DNA of 63,785 nt, filler included, from Sluysia triapertura (lineage: Eukaryota): the NCBI GenBank assembly GCA_046118255.1. It is 5 parts of 5 records of this genome, joined end to end, with 100 filler letters (N's around TTAATTAATTAA, not from the genome) between each part and the next. Parts side by side here need not be neighbours in the genome. Positions count along the whole stretch, not along the records: positions 25,513 to 39,721 come from JBJNIA010003337.1; positions 39,822 to 53,033 come from JBJNIA010052776.1; 3 more parts are not named here. One strand, given 5' to 3'. The position numbers and the translations under genes were made by a program. Below the pieces are notes generated by a model. That model had not been told where the DNA came from, searched no databases, and saw only the letters and a list, made by a program, of their open reading frames with translations. Below, piece by piece: positions 38,195 to 51,230 of the stretch (position 1 is its first letter; each line of letters begins with the position of its first letter).

Positions 38195-38832
38195 CTAGTT
38201 CTTTGTAATTTGAAATTGAAAAAAATAATGATTTTCCCTCGTCAACAACTTTTTACCGACTTTCATTATACGATTACGCCAATAATTAGTTCCTAAGCAT
38301 TCTGGTATTACTATACGGCTCCAGTATTTGACTGTCTTTTTTTGACGCCATGTGACCACAAGGGTTAAAGCAATAATTGAATATTTCATTATCCAATAAA
38401 ATGCAGATTCTTGAGCCATTCGAAGTTCAACAAATTTTCCTTGTCTGCGGCAAGTAGGACAAGTTCGAATTGTACGGTATCGTTATTCAGTTTCCAGTGA
38501 TGCTGGCCGAATACATGACCACAAGCCAGATATACATGAGGCTTCAAATCACCATCATTTCTTTCGATTTTCCGTAAGAATTCTTGGCTTCTTTTATTCT
38601 TTGACGATTCACTGGAAGTAAGTAATTTCGAATTAGTACTAGCGGATAAACTTTCCAAATTAAATTTTAAAGTCAGACATTGAACTGGACACTGTACATG
38701 AATATTGTTGATCATACTAGAAATAAAGTCGATGTCCACATTATTGTGAGGGTTATAATTAGTTCTCCAAAGTAATGTTAATCCACAAAGATCAATCAAT
38801 GTACCGTCAACTAAAACATTTGATCCATATTC
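38195..38832 (-). pseudogene. PELI: Pellino E3 ligase terminal exon with three frameshifts and no final CxxC
   Basis: Acceptor 38834-38833. Reads EYGSNVLVDGTLIDLCGLTLLWRT...QCPV...KPHVYLACGHVFGQHHW /shift/ RTCPTCR..GKFVELRMAQESAFY /shift/ DNEIFNYCFNPCGHMASKK /shift/ TVKYWSRIVIP. Could be indel errors rather than a true pseudogene. Confidence 0.85.
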
Positions 38833-39647
38833 CTAGAATAAAATTAATATAATATCTAATCGATCAATTAATTTCTGAAATAATAAGTAACGCTTTTTGT
38901 GACAAAATAAAATTCTTCCTAAAAATTAAAAATACGAAGTAAGTTAGTTTAACATAATATTGTATAATTTTATGAAGGCAAAACATAGTCCTATTTTGTA
39001 TTTAATATTGTTAAGAATAACGGTGGTGCATAACCCTACATGATTTTAAATGTCATATACAATCTATTTTTGGAAAGTTAATTACTTAGAAACTTATGAC
39101 TCTGTTGCTCGAAATTCGAAATTTAATATCAATTCCAAGAGGTGATAATAAATTAGCTGATTCATCAATATTTAAGCAATCTTTATAAATGTTGGTTATA
39201 AAAGTTAATTTTTTTAGTGTTACATTTACGTAATAATTGTATTTCGTAAATAATATAACTAAATTATTATAGCTATTTACATTAATAAAATAAATATGCT
39301 GAATCTAGTTTTTTATTAGTACTACCAATTTCAATAGAAAGAACCTTGCCTTTTTTAAGTGCTTAATCTTTCAGTTATTGGGCAATCACAGGTTTTAAAA
39401 ACAATCTTTACCGCCTGTGAATTGACACTGTCTATTTCAGATAGTTATTTTGTAATTTATTTATCGTTTACTATTTCAGTCGCATTTAGAATTAGCTCAT
39501 TATCCGCTGTCTCATTTTTGGGACACATTTTCAAATATTTTTCTAGATAAAATGTAGTCGTTAAAATAATAAGATCATTTCATGTGCTCAGTGACAGTAT
39601 TAAATACAATAACAATTATGACAAAAATAGTTCCATCTGGTTAGTGT

Positions 39648-39675
39648 GATTATTGTGATTATGATTATGATTATG

Positions 39676-39721
<46 letters not shown>
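39648..39721. repeat. (TGATTA)n/(TAT)n microsatellite at a contig end
   Basis: Seen directly. Confidence 0.9.
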
Positions 39722-39821
39722 NNNNNNNNNNNNNNNNNNNNNNNNNNNNNNNNNNNNNNNNNNNNTTAATTAATTAANNNNNNNNNNNNNNNNNNNNNNN
39801 NNNNNNNNNNNNNNNNNNNNN
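39722..39821. other. Artificial assembly spacer N44-TTAATTAATTAA-N44
   Basis: Identical 100-bp linker. Confidence 0.97.
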
Positions 39822-39844
39822 ATAATGTTCCACTGACACTGCAG

Positions 39845-39894
39845 TCCTAAGTTTTGACCCTTCTATCAACCCTTATTCTTTACTAATCCCAACA
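39845..39894. repeat. LTR-end family B terminal 50 bp
   Basis: 49/50 identical to 25691-25740; ends CCCAACA. Confidence 0.8.
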
Positions 39895-40426
39895 ACTTAA
39901 TCTTATTTTATGTTTAAAGGTTTTATTGAGGTTCTAAAGTTTTTTAGTAGTTTACAAGGCACTCAGGAGGCTCTAGATGTTTTCACCTTCAACTCTCTGA
40001 TTCCTTTTTCTTCTTCTTCATGTTAATTACTACTATGTTAAACTTATCTTTTTTATTTGGGATAATGATTTTATTTATCAAATATTTTAAAAATATTACT
40101 CGAAGATCTTAGATACTTATCAAGGTTTCAAGAATAAGGTCTTAAATGATCTAAAGGTTCCAAGTTTCAAAAGGTACCTTAATGCTTCTAAAGGTTTTTC
40201 AAGTCCATCTCAAGCTTCTACAAGATCTCAACCCTTATATAGGTCTTTGGAACTCCAAGGTATTCTCTAATTGTTAACATTATTATAGATGTTTTTACTT
40301 TTATGATTCTTATTCCAACAATGTTTACCATGTTCAATCCATCATTTTGTATCAGTTCTTTCTTCATTTTTTATAATTCCATATGTTTCTCAGGCATTTT
40401 CTAATCACAGTAGATCAATCCCAACA
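39895..40426. repeat. Dispersed repeat family C, LTR-like end AATCCCAACA at 40426
   Basis: Inverted similarity to 29770-30240; the terminus has the same form as family B. Confidence 0.55.
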
Positions 40427-41849
40427 TATCTCATTCGCGAGGAAAATGTCTGTCCTCAGACATCCTAATTTGTTCATATAATAAACCACAGTAGCTAAGA
40501 ATGCAGATGATGCCAAACCAACAATATCATATCATACATTTAATGCTTCGTCCAGCAAATATTGAAATTAAAATCATTTTTTATAATTCAATGAAATTGT
40601 ACAATTGAAGTATCTTTATGAAACTATAAAACTAATTATTCATGAATTGGTCTGGACAAAATACCTTATATACAATTATTAAAATATTGATTAAAAGTTT
40701 ACCATCACCAATATAAATGGAATAATATACGAATTGAAGTTTCAAGAAAACAATTAAAAAAAGTGTAATCCGTCAAAATCATCAAATTAATTCAAAATAA
40801 TAATGTAAAACCAAAATTTAGTGTACTTCTACAACGACCACAAAAAATGTGTTCTCAGATCCAGCATAGGCCGAAGAAAAATTATACAGACCACAATTCA
40901 ACAATTATTATACAGAAATCGTCCCAAAACAAAACTCCAAATCAAAATGCTAAAAGGTGTCCCTTGACGCCAATTTAAAAAAATAGAAAATTAAATTAGC
41001 TAATAAAATAAATAAAACATTGATTTTAACAAGGGATTATCGTACTCAGTTTCATAAAAAAGTTTAAAAAATTATAATTAATAATTAATCAATAAGCAAG
41101 ATCAATTCTCCAAATGTATATACGATTTCATTTAACACCTTATCTTAAGAAATAACATTGGTTGCCAATAACAGCAATAACAAAATTCACAATCATGACA
41201 ATAATTCGTAAATATTTACACTACGGAAGCCCTGGAGATCCTCAAGAATCAACAAAAAAACTTGAAAACCAAGATGAATATTTCATTGAGACATAATAAT
41301 AATCTACACAAAATCTAAAGTGATAATAAGCTAAGTGATAGGTTATATAGCGTTTCTGTTTCAAAAATGCCACAATAAATGTTTTATCTTAGGCATGTTT
41401 AATTATATAATTGAATAATTTAAGCCTAATTTAAAAAGTGTTAATTTTTAACATAAATATTAATTTTTAATTGTTTTTAAAAAAAATATTAATTTTTAAT
41501 TTCAAATTATCTAAAAAGTTATAAACATTTTAAATCAAAAATTTATAAATTTCGTAATTTTTAAAATAAATTTGTTGGAATAAATTAATTTAAATTTTAA
41601 TAATCTGAATAATTTTTAAAAATAAATTACTGTGTGCCTTAGGAAAAAGGTCATACAGAAAAATCGGTGCCCAACACAGAAAAATTTTCTGTGCATCAGT
41701 TCATGCACACATTTATCGATTTGGTTTGACTTTTATTTTTTAGCTCAAGGAAAATTTTTATTTAAATAAAGTAATTTTATTTTTTAATATTTTTATTTAG
41801 AAATTTAAATATTAGATTATTGAAATGAAAACTTCAAATCAATGAAAGA

Positions 41850-42330
41850 TTATAATATCGTCATCCAAAACAAAATTTGCATCTTGTTCTTCAATGGATA
41901 ATGAAATTATTATGTGGAATTGATACTTTTGAAGTACTTCATAGTCAAGTTACATCAGTTGAATTTGATAATTTATCTGATATTATCTTTACGTAGGTAT
42001 TATATTTATAATTAATATTAAAATAGAACAAGAACAGATGAAACTTTCATTATTTGGGATGTGCAGACTTTTGCTGCTTCTATACTTATTCCAATGGATG
42101 AAACAATCAAAAGTTGCTGCTCAATCTCCCCATTTATGATGAATCTTTTATATTTAGAAGATAAATATTTAATTATGTGTGGTGGTAAAAGTGGGATTAC
42201 TAAAATTTTGAATCCATCCAAGAAAGGTCCCGTCAAAGAAGTCACCAAAGTAACCTTCAATCTATCAAAAAATGCAACCCTTGTTGTTCTCAGCAAACAA
42301 GACTCATCTATCACCTCAAAGGAATTAAGG
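41850..42330 (+). pseudogene. Decayed WD40-repeat gene fragment, TBL3/UTP13-like
   Basis: KFASCSSMDNEIIMWN*...HSQVTSVEFD...[GT-AG intron 41997-42026]...TDETFIIWDVQTFAASILIPMDETI...YLIMCGGKSGITKI resembles TBL3 HYSAVTSLAF...GRDKICIIWDL...TVPVFESVE...TAGDQGTLRVW. The first part has stops and frameshifts. Confidence 0.55.
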
Positions 42331-43289
42331 TTTCTAGAAGTACAGTTATGTTATTGATTAATGTTTTGATTTTATTTTAGACAATTCTCATCGATGGCGA
42401 ATTCTTCCATCAAATGAACAAGTTGTTTCATTTTATTTTATTATTTTTTGAATTTTAATAATTATAATAAAATTAACTAATAATAATCTTTGTTTACGAA
42501 ATATGAAATATATTCGATGACAGTCAAAAAATACAGAAAAGTAAGAAAATTAAAGTTATTTTATATGGAAAATGTTTCTTTAATCCCAAAATATTTTATG
42601 AAAATAAATCCAATTTTTTTCTAACGATTACGTACTGACTAAAATAAGTGTTATATTAGCGATAAACTATTAATATATTATTTAAAGAATGAATTATTTA
42701 CAAACTATTGTCAATAAAATTTTGTAATAATAATTTGTTTTGATTTAATATTTTTTCTTTATTACTTCACCGAAAATTTCTTTACATAACGGATCAAAAG
42801 TAATTTCTATTTTTCTATTATCTTCATGTAAAACAAAGTCAAGTATTTTGTTCCGAAAATTGAACATCATTCGTAACAACGATACATTTTAATTGCTTTT
42901 ATCAAACGATTCAAGCGAAGCTATATTTAAATAAAAATGACTTACCAGAACTAATAAAGAAAAACAATAGTGTCCATGAATGAAAGTTAACTGACGTAAA
43001 TATATAATGAGACCTAAGTCTAATCGTAAAACATTATTGTTTTAAGGTTTTATCTTTGTAAAATAATTTTGCTTTTTGTTCATATATTATCCAATGTATA
43101 TTTTTGTATTATGTATTTCTGAAATTCTTTTTTTAATTATTTCTTCATTTATTGAAATAAAACAAAACTCATTTTTAATACATATTTTATAACGTCATTT
43201 TTTATTTTAAATCATTATTTTAAATTTTCTAAATAAATAAAAGATTTAAACAATCTAATTAATGTTCTCTATTGTATTCGAATAATATA

Positions 43290-43555
43290 AAAATAATGAT
43301 AATAGTAATGATAATAATGATATTAATAATAATGATAGTAATAATTATGATAGTAATAATGATAATTTTAATGTTAATGATAATAATAATTATAATTATA
43401 ATTAATAATAATAGTAATAATAATTTAAAGATAATGATAATAATAATCATTATAATTATAACTAATAATAATATTAATAATAATAATTTTAATGTTAATG
43501 ATAATAATAATCATAATCATTATAATTATAACCAATAATAATATTAATAATGATT
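43290..43555. repeat. Degenerate (ATA)n low-complexity tract
   Basis: Seen directly; it generates the poly-Ile ORFs in the track. Confidence 0.9.
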
Positions 43556-43565
43556 ATGGAGGTAA

Positions 43566-43578
43566 GTTCCTGACACCA
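43566..43578 (-). promoter_or_regulatory. Candidate primer-binding site (tRNA-Leu-like)
   Basis: Minus strand ...CTCCA-aat-TGGTGTCAGGAAC. TGGTGTCAGGA is complementary to the typical tRNA-Leu 3' end (...TCCTGACACCA). Confidence 0.4.
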
Positions 43579-43581
43579 ATT

Positions 43582-45207
43582 TGGAGGTTTTATAATTTTA
43601 AATTGAAATGTTGATTTGAAGATTTTAGAATTTTTAACTAATAACGTTTTTAATAAATTATTATTGAAGAAATGAAAACGATTTGTGTTTGATAAGAAGT
43701 TTATGTTTGGTTCAAGATTTTGAGGTTTCGATGTAATACTTAAGTCAATGATGGTCATAATAATATTTAGTAGAAGATTCTGATGGATGATAGATTTAGA
43801 CACTATTAACACATGATTCGTATCTACTATTATGTTTATAAATTTATATCTACGTTTAATTTTATCCTTTAAGTTATTGGATGTTAATGACTTATGTTTT
43901 GAATCCATTTTTTTATAAATTATATAACAGCATGAATTTTTCTCCTTTCTAATCAATAAATTTAAATCTTGCATTTCGTTTTTTAAAATAAATATAAAAA
44001 TTTTAAATGCAGTAAATTTATTACATGAAATAACATTTTGAAATTTTATAAAAAAAAGTCTTCTTTTGCTTGGTATTTATACGTCACCACGTCTTGTTGT
44101 TCTCCACTGATCCATTTTTTGAATTTATCATCTAAACTATAAATCAATAAAGATATAGAATCAGAGCTTACACATGATATCTTACCGCAAAAGGTCTTGT
44201 TCATGAATTCGCATGGATTCATTGTGCTTAGGATTGAATTGTTCTCTTCATTCACTGTTAATGACATCGTTAATTGTTGGTGTAGTAGTAATAAATTGAT
44301 CCCATTGATTTGCAATATAGTAAAATATTTTGGCATGACTATTTTCCTCAGAGATTTGAAACATGTTTCTGAATGACGATTAATTCTATACCAAATTTCG
44401 TTTATAATAAACTTATAGAGATAAATCCTAACACCATTTACAGCATAATTTTTTAATACTAATCTAAAGCAAGGCATTACTCTGTTTAGAGACAAGTCGA
44501 TTGCGTTCCTTTGTATCATGGTGCTGGCCTTCGGTCGTCTTGGTAGACAGTGTTGAAATAGTTTAATTTTATAGTTCTTTAACATATCATGTAGATTATG
44601 CATAATCCGTGTACTTCTGCTTAAATCTTTGTTGTTATAGCTATCTAATTCGTCTTCGATAACTTTTTCAAGAATTGGGACATTCAATCAGCTTTTTGTT
44701 GAACTAGTTCAATCATGAATTTTTTTCGTTGTGGTTTAATTAATGGTATAGAATTTTTAGAAGATAATATCATAGATGTGGCAATCAGACGAGTTAATTT
44801 TGTTAGATGTTGACTATTAACTGAATCGGTACAATCTTTTAGACTTGATATATGGGATCCACTATTTCCACTATTATTCATTACCGGTGTTTGACTATAA
44901 CTTCCAGTTTTATCTTCTTCGTCAGCATTCATCCTAGTGTTTCACAGTAAAAACTATCTTCATCTGGAATACGTGAATCTTCATTACAACTCTTCTGACT
45001 CTGTAGAGTACTGCAAAAATTATATTGATTATGTTTGAAAACATCAAAAGGAGTAGCTGTTTGAATGTGAGCTTTCTTGTGATTACAAAAAGATATTATA
45101 ACGTAAACATTTGAAACTTGTTCAGCTTTTCGCTTTTTATCTTGATATTTTTCATCAAACTCATTCGGTCTAAATAATATTATATTCTTTATCGACTTCA
45201 TGACCAC
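43582..45207 (-). pseudogene. ~550-codon ORF of unknown function split by three single-base frameshifts
   Basis: ORF-track pieces 45207-44929, 44932-44684, 44687-44046 and the 43974 frame (open from ~44055) join with 1-nt shifts, one of them in a T8 run. No gag or pol motifs recognised. Confidence 0.55.
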
Positions 45208-46445
45208 GATTTATTGTTAATTAAGTGAGAATAATATGATTTGGGTGAAAATTTTCAATTTTTACAAGTAATAAATCATAACAATTTTGTGGTAATAATT
45301 ATTGTGTAATATTATTCTACTAACAAAGTTGCTATTCTGTTTTTTAATAATTGTATTCTTTAGTGGTCTGATATCATTAATCATCCAATCAGGCCTCCGA
45401 GAAAAATCGATGAGGAAAATAGGTCCTGATTGGATGATAAGTAAATTAATTTTGTTAGATAAATGTGGTTACTGAACTAACCACTATCAGTAGTATATTA
45501 ATTCGATTATTTTGACAGACATTAACTACCGATAGTGGTAGATGCTAGGTTAATAATAAAATTAATGACATTAATAACAAAATAATGTTATTATTATAAA
45601 TGTCATTTTATTTAAAATAAATACATAAATGTCTTTTGATCTTGCTCTTTCTATTTTCTTTTATTTTTTACATATATAATAAAATGAAAAGTAAAAACGA
45701 TTGGTATTAAGTGAAGGAGCAACGGTAACATGGTATACTATTCTTCAATTATCGTTGTTGCTTCATCATAAGGCAATGAATTCTTTAAAGCTGTTTTAAA
45801 TTTATTTTTGAAGATAAAAGGAATGATTTAATTTGTAAGTGAAATGAAGGATGTTGGAATAAATTCTTGAGATTTATTTAAGTTTTATAATTAAAAATAC
45901 GATTTATGCATTGAATGTAATGGTTTAAAAGGCTTGTTAAAAGTTTATAGTTTATTTAATTTAAAAGACAATTACAAAATACGTCTTGCCGTAATGATTA
46001 TAAGTAGATGAAATGAGTTTGGATTAGTGTAATTGATTCGAGGTTGTAACGTAAATATTTTCTATGTTTCCAGTACTTGTTAATGTTGTTAAATGGTGTT
46101 GATGTATTTGTGATTTACATATTATGTGTTGTGGTTGTGATTTGGTTTGAGAGAATGGCTATTGATTGAATGTTATGGATTATTCGGTATTAATTATCAA
46201 AGTATAGTGTGAGGTGAATAATTGAGAGTAATAGGCGAATTGTTTGAGAAGTATATTTTGTTGAAATATTATAAAATTCGAATATTGTTTACGATTAATC
46301 AGTTAATGTAATTCGATAGTATGGGATGTGATTGATTTAGATGTTATGTTTTTATGAACTAGTTGTTGTAATTTGATAATGTTAAGTGTGATTTGAGTGT
46401 TGTAATGTTTTAGTGAATTTTAAATTATGGGTGTTGGCCGCTACA
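43582..46445 (-). mobile_element. Family A full-length candidate LTR (2864 bp, TGTAG...CTCCA) containing a broken ORF
   Basis: Starts TGTAGCGGCCAACACCCATAAT. C/A tract; inverted repeats at 45480-45493/45526-45539 (13/14) and 45380-45393/45425-45438 (14/14); then ORF pieces; ends 3 nt before the PBS-like motif. Confidence 0.55.
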
Positions 46446-47299
46446 CATATATAACTATAAAAAAATTCTGTGTTTTGTGTAAAATTTTTCGGTTATTTAC
46501 ATAATTTTTTCAGGAATTTAATTTTGTATAATAACCTTTATTTAATACAACAGTGATTTAATTTCCAGTATCTAGTTATCAGTAAATAATTTATTAATAG
46601 TAGTATTATACAATAAGAGTTATGATATATACAGCAAAATAATAATGCTGAATAACAAATATTGCCTTCTGCTTGAATGGTATGTTATTTTATTAAATTT
46701 TGATTACATATAATTCATATTCAATCTTATTTTTAAGAATGAGATTTAAAAATATTCATTCTTATTTTTGTCGATTAAATGCTTTTAATTTTGATATAAC
46801 ATTATTCTCTCTATTCTGTCCAAACTTTAATTTAAGTTAATTTTGATAGAGAATAATTTTTAATTACTTACGAGTTTTATTCAATCTCAATTTAACATTA
46901 TTTTAACTTACGTATTAAAGTGATTTTTATTGGATCTTATTGGTTCTTAAAGTTTGATTTTACATTATCTTTATGGAATCTCATTTTAAGATGGTTTTTC
47001 ATTTAATTTCAATTTGAAATTGAAATTTGTTATTAAATTTTGAATTTATAATAATTCTGTTAAGTCCCATTTTAAATTGATATAAAGCATTATAATCTTA
47101 CTGATAATGATATTACTTTTAAAATAATTTTAAGTAAATTCAGATTAAATGAATTTTAGATTTAATTAAAAATTTCTGAAAAAAATTGAAATTTAAGATG
47201 TATTGAAAAATTAAATGAATAATATGTTACATTATTATTATTATTAAAACATTAGTTTTAATCTTTAACAGTAGAGTTCGAAGTGAAAATTAAGCAGTT

Positions 47300-47810
47300 A
47301 CAATAAGTCAATCTAAATTCCCTCTATTCAAAAAGAAGTTAAGCTCTTAACACATTAAGGTATATTTATTAACAAATTTGTAGATTTAGTTAAATTTAAA
47401 TTGTGGTTGCTCAACTGGCGCCATCTGATTTTATTATAGAATCAGTACATAATACATTTTTAACTCATAACATATTTAACAAAATTTCCAAGTTCAATCA
47501 CATATCCCTTGATCATTTAATAGCTCATCGTATCTTACAACCGTTACAATTAATAAATGTACATCGTTATTTAATAAAACATTTTAAACCATTCAACAAT
47601 AATGTTACATTAGACAGATTCAAGCAGTTTATATTTCCTATAACATAATTTATGTGAATTCACATCTTATCACACGTTTAGAAATTTTAAATGATACTTT
47701 GTACGTCGTGTACCATGCAATTCATAACATCCCTTTAAATATTACCACATCAGAACGTCCTTAACCTTTATCATTTCATAACTCCAGGTATGTATGTCTG
47801 ATAATCAAAT
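47300..47810 (-). mobile_element. Decayed Gypsy-type integrase fragment
   Basis: RTF*CGNI*RDVMNC (cf. FWWP.M.RDV..YV..C), LLNDQG (cf. I.SDQG) and KSDGAS(E) (cf. HPQSDG..ER) occur in the right order. Confidence 0.45.
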
Positions 47811-50800
47811 ATCAAATAATGTTTATACGAAAAATCTTGTATTAAGAAATTAAAGAACAGATACAAAGAGTATGCACGAGATTCAACAGAGAAATATAAA
47901 CATTTTTTAATTCATAAAAGGCACAACAAAACGCACATTCTTAATCTCTGTAAAGATCACCAAAAAGTTATTTATACATAAACCGAACTACTGCAACATT
48001 AATGTGTTTATGTCAGATTGCGTAGAATTAAAATAATAGTTATTGAAAAATATTGCGTAACAATTTACGAGGGTGCACAAACAATTACGCAACTTCTTAA
48101 ATCATCAAAGCAGTCATTAATGCTTTTCATTGGAGCAGATGCTGAAAAATAAAAATTTAAATTTATTACCGGCTAAAATAAAAATAGAATTAGCAATAAA
48201 GTAAATAATATGGAAATTTCTTTAAAATGTTTAAAAAAATTAGACCAAAAAAGATTTGAATAAATCTTTTCAGCTAATAGTTAATGATTATGTCGTTCGA
48301 AACATGAAGTGGTTAAATAATTGTCCTTATTAATATTTTATTATGTGTTTATACACTATCTTTTGTTTTATCTGCAATCTATTTAGAAAATGGATTTCAG
48401 TCGCTGTCATATTTCTCACAGTATCTTGTATATAAATTTCATTTCAACTGCATATTAGAACGTCTTAATTTCACACCCACTGAAAACCTTAAGTCCACTT
48501 TGTATAACTACTATAATAAAAATGAGAATTTTTTATAAATTCAAACACACGTTTCAAACAATTTTAGTAAAAGATAATATAAGATACTATAATACAAATA
48601 CACAAGAAATCGAAATATTTCGGCAATCTTATAAAGGTAAACAAACATTTAATAAGACTTATAATAGACATCCAAACAGCGGTACATTATGCTAGACCTA
48701 CGTGTTAACAAATGCACAATCGTTGCAGGAGACAATTAAAATATATAAAAAGGCAGGATTATACAAAATATCTATTAGAAAATACATAAAAGAATAAAAA
48801 GTATATTTAGAATATAAAAAATAAATAATTAAATAGAAATAATTAAAATTAAATGAAAAACAAATGATAATTAACCATATAATTCTTGACTTAAAATCGT
48901 ATTTTCATTTTTTCTCAACTACACAAAATCATACATAACATATCTCAATTTTACAATGAAAAGACACCATTTGTATTTTTAAAACCAAACCTCACATGTA
49001 ATGCATTTAAGTTTAAGTTGCATCAAAACTTTATTACATAGCTGTTTTATTTTACGCAGAATAGTCCTTCACTTGTGGTCAACAACCTTCAAAATTTTCC
49101 AAAGGATCAGAGTTCTACCATAATTGACGTAGCTCGAGGAGTACTCAAAATCTCAATTTTATGGATTACGTAACATTGTATGCAGGATATAGGTATCCTC
49201 CGCACTAGTAATTGCATAGTGTGAATTGATGCGAATGTATTCTCAACTTCATTTTCCATCACATTTCAATTAGAAGAGAAACTTAATGCAAAACACCATC
49301 CTCTGATTTATATTACGAATGAGAAAAATTTTAATAGGTAGGAGCCTATAACTTTCACATACTTGCCATATATTTTTATGGACTAGGTTAATCTAGTCTT
49401 TGTAGCTGTAAACCTTGCTTTTGACTCCATCAAAAATTTCATTTCATAGAAACTTTAATACCGAGAATTGGTATAAAAATTCCTTACAAGAGTCTTCGGT
49501 TTGAAGCGAGAGGAATTTAAAGACGTAAAGAATATTTTGGACATACGTCTTTATAATGCAAGACCCTCGCAGTACTATACCCATGACAATACATTCGAGA
49601 TGTCATATGGCTGGCTTGCTTGCACTAATTTGATATTTTTTGATTCATTCGATCCTATCCTCAGAGCAAAAAAGCTACTAAACAATTATTTTCTCCAATA
49701 ATTTGTTTGGAAATACACGACCTAATTTTCTTATTCGACCGTATCAGAACGAAGGACAAATCATTCTTGTTATAACTCCTATTAATGGAAAGGCCGTCAA
49801 TATCCGACATTTTTTTGCAAATTTTCTTTAAAATTTCATGTACCTTTCTCTTTAAAAAAAGGTATTTAAAAAAGAATTATAACATTTAACTTTGTAACAC
49901 CTTTTGCAACTAAATACAAAATAATACTTCACACAAAAACCAATACAGACGCATAAAAAATTAAAATATAGTCATGAATGAACAATCTCCGATCTAACAC
50001 CATTAAAAAAGAAAAGAATTCCTTCGGAGTCCCAATGTGGACTTGAATGATTACGTTGAGGATGACGAATATGGTACAATCTCATCTCCAGGAAGAATAT
50101 TCTGGTTAAATATTACCTAACTTTTTTGATCCTGCTGCATTTATATCTTATAAATAAAATAATAAAAATAAAGTATATAAGGAATTCTGAAATAGATTTT
50201 AATTGGATATTTAAAATTCCCACTAAAAATGTCTATAAATTCACTTAGTCTAGTTTACCCCGTTTAGATTGTTGATAACTTATCATTTAAAAATCTGTAA
50301 TTGTAATAGTAATAATCCTTACTTTTCAAAATTTTGGAATGAAATATGTGTATATTTTTTAATGTTTATATAATTTCTTATCATAATGCTTAGTTAACTG
50401 CTGAAGAATATATTGTATATAATAAATAGTGGCGAATTATTAATCACAATTGTAACTTCAGTCGTAAAATTAAAAGCACAAATATTTGTAACTTTTGGAG
50501 AAAATTTTCTAATCGTAATTAAAACTGAATAAAATTTTATCTAATCTAAATAAAATTCTAATAAAATATTTTATGCTAACAAATTCTGTCTGAAAGTTTT
50601 ATTTATTATTATACATTTTTTGTTTACTGTTTTTAACCTAAAATAAAATTAAAATATTTACCATTAGTTTGGACATATTACTTGACATTTGAATGATACA
50701 CTCACACGTATACAGAAAACATTACCTATTTTTGTTGTGAGTGTACCATTTATGACCTTTATTTTATTTATGACACTGTATTTGAATTGTTAAAATATTT

Positions 50801-51039
50801 AAACAAAATTAAAATCTGGATAAACTTTTAAACAAAAAAATGATAAATTCTAAATATTATTAAGTAATTAAAACTTTAATTAATTTAATTTTGGAAAAAT
50901 CTGCTTTTCCAATGCTATTATAAAATTATGAATGCCATTAAGTTTGTTTAATTAAACTTTTTGGAAATGATATGATTTGACTGAGTTCATACAATTGCAT
51001 ATACGAGTAAAAATTCTTCAAGTAAATACACGGAGGAAA

Positions 51040-51230
51040 ATTTATACAGCACATAAAAAGCTTTTGTTCGACTTCACTTTGCAAGTGTTTTTATTGAAAA
51101 CTTAAACTTATTTGCAAATTATCTGAGGAGTCGGTTCGCCATTATATTGGAGACGTATTATTAGGATTTTTATAACTTAACTCTAGACTTAAGGGACTTA
51201 CTATGTCTAGTCACTTGAAGCACTTTAATT
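51040..51230 (+). mobile_element. Decayed CR1-like LINE ORF2 C-terminal fragment
   Basis: KAFVRLHFASV (cf. YKAFVRPHLEYAS) and RLKG(D)LT (cf. RLRGDLI). Confidence 0.5.

Noticed and set aside
43259-43538. Poly-Ile/Met/Asn ORFs (also the Tyr/Leu-rich ORFs 9813-10061 and 23037-23228)
   Set aside because: Translations of (ATA)/(TAT) low-complexity tracts.
44684-44932. Bacterial or viral-style translational coupling (ATGA and TTGA 4-bp overlaps)
   Set aside because: In-frame stops lie immediately upstream of each new start, one start is TTG, and single-base deletions in one long ORF explain the pattern more simply.
47416-47422. TGGCGCC PBS-like motif on the plus strand
   Set aside because: No LTR end precedes it; it is better read as the SDGA codons of the minus-strand integrase remnant.
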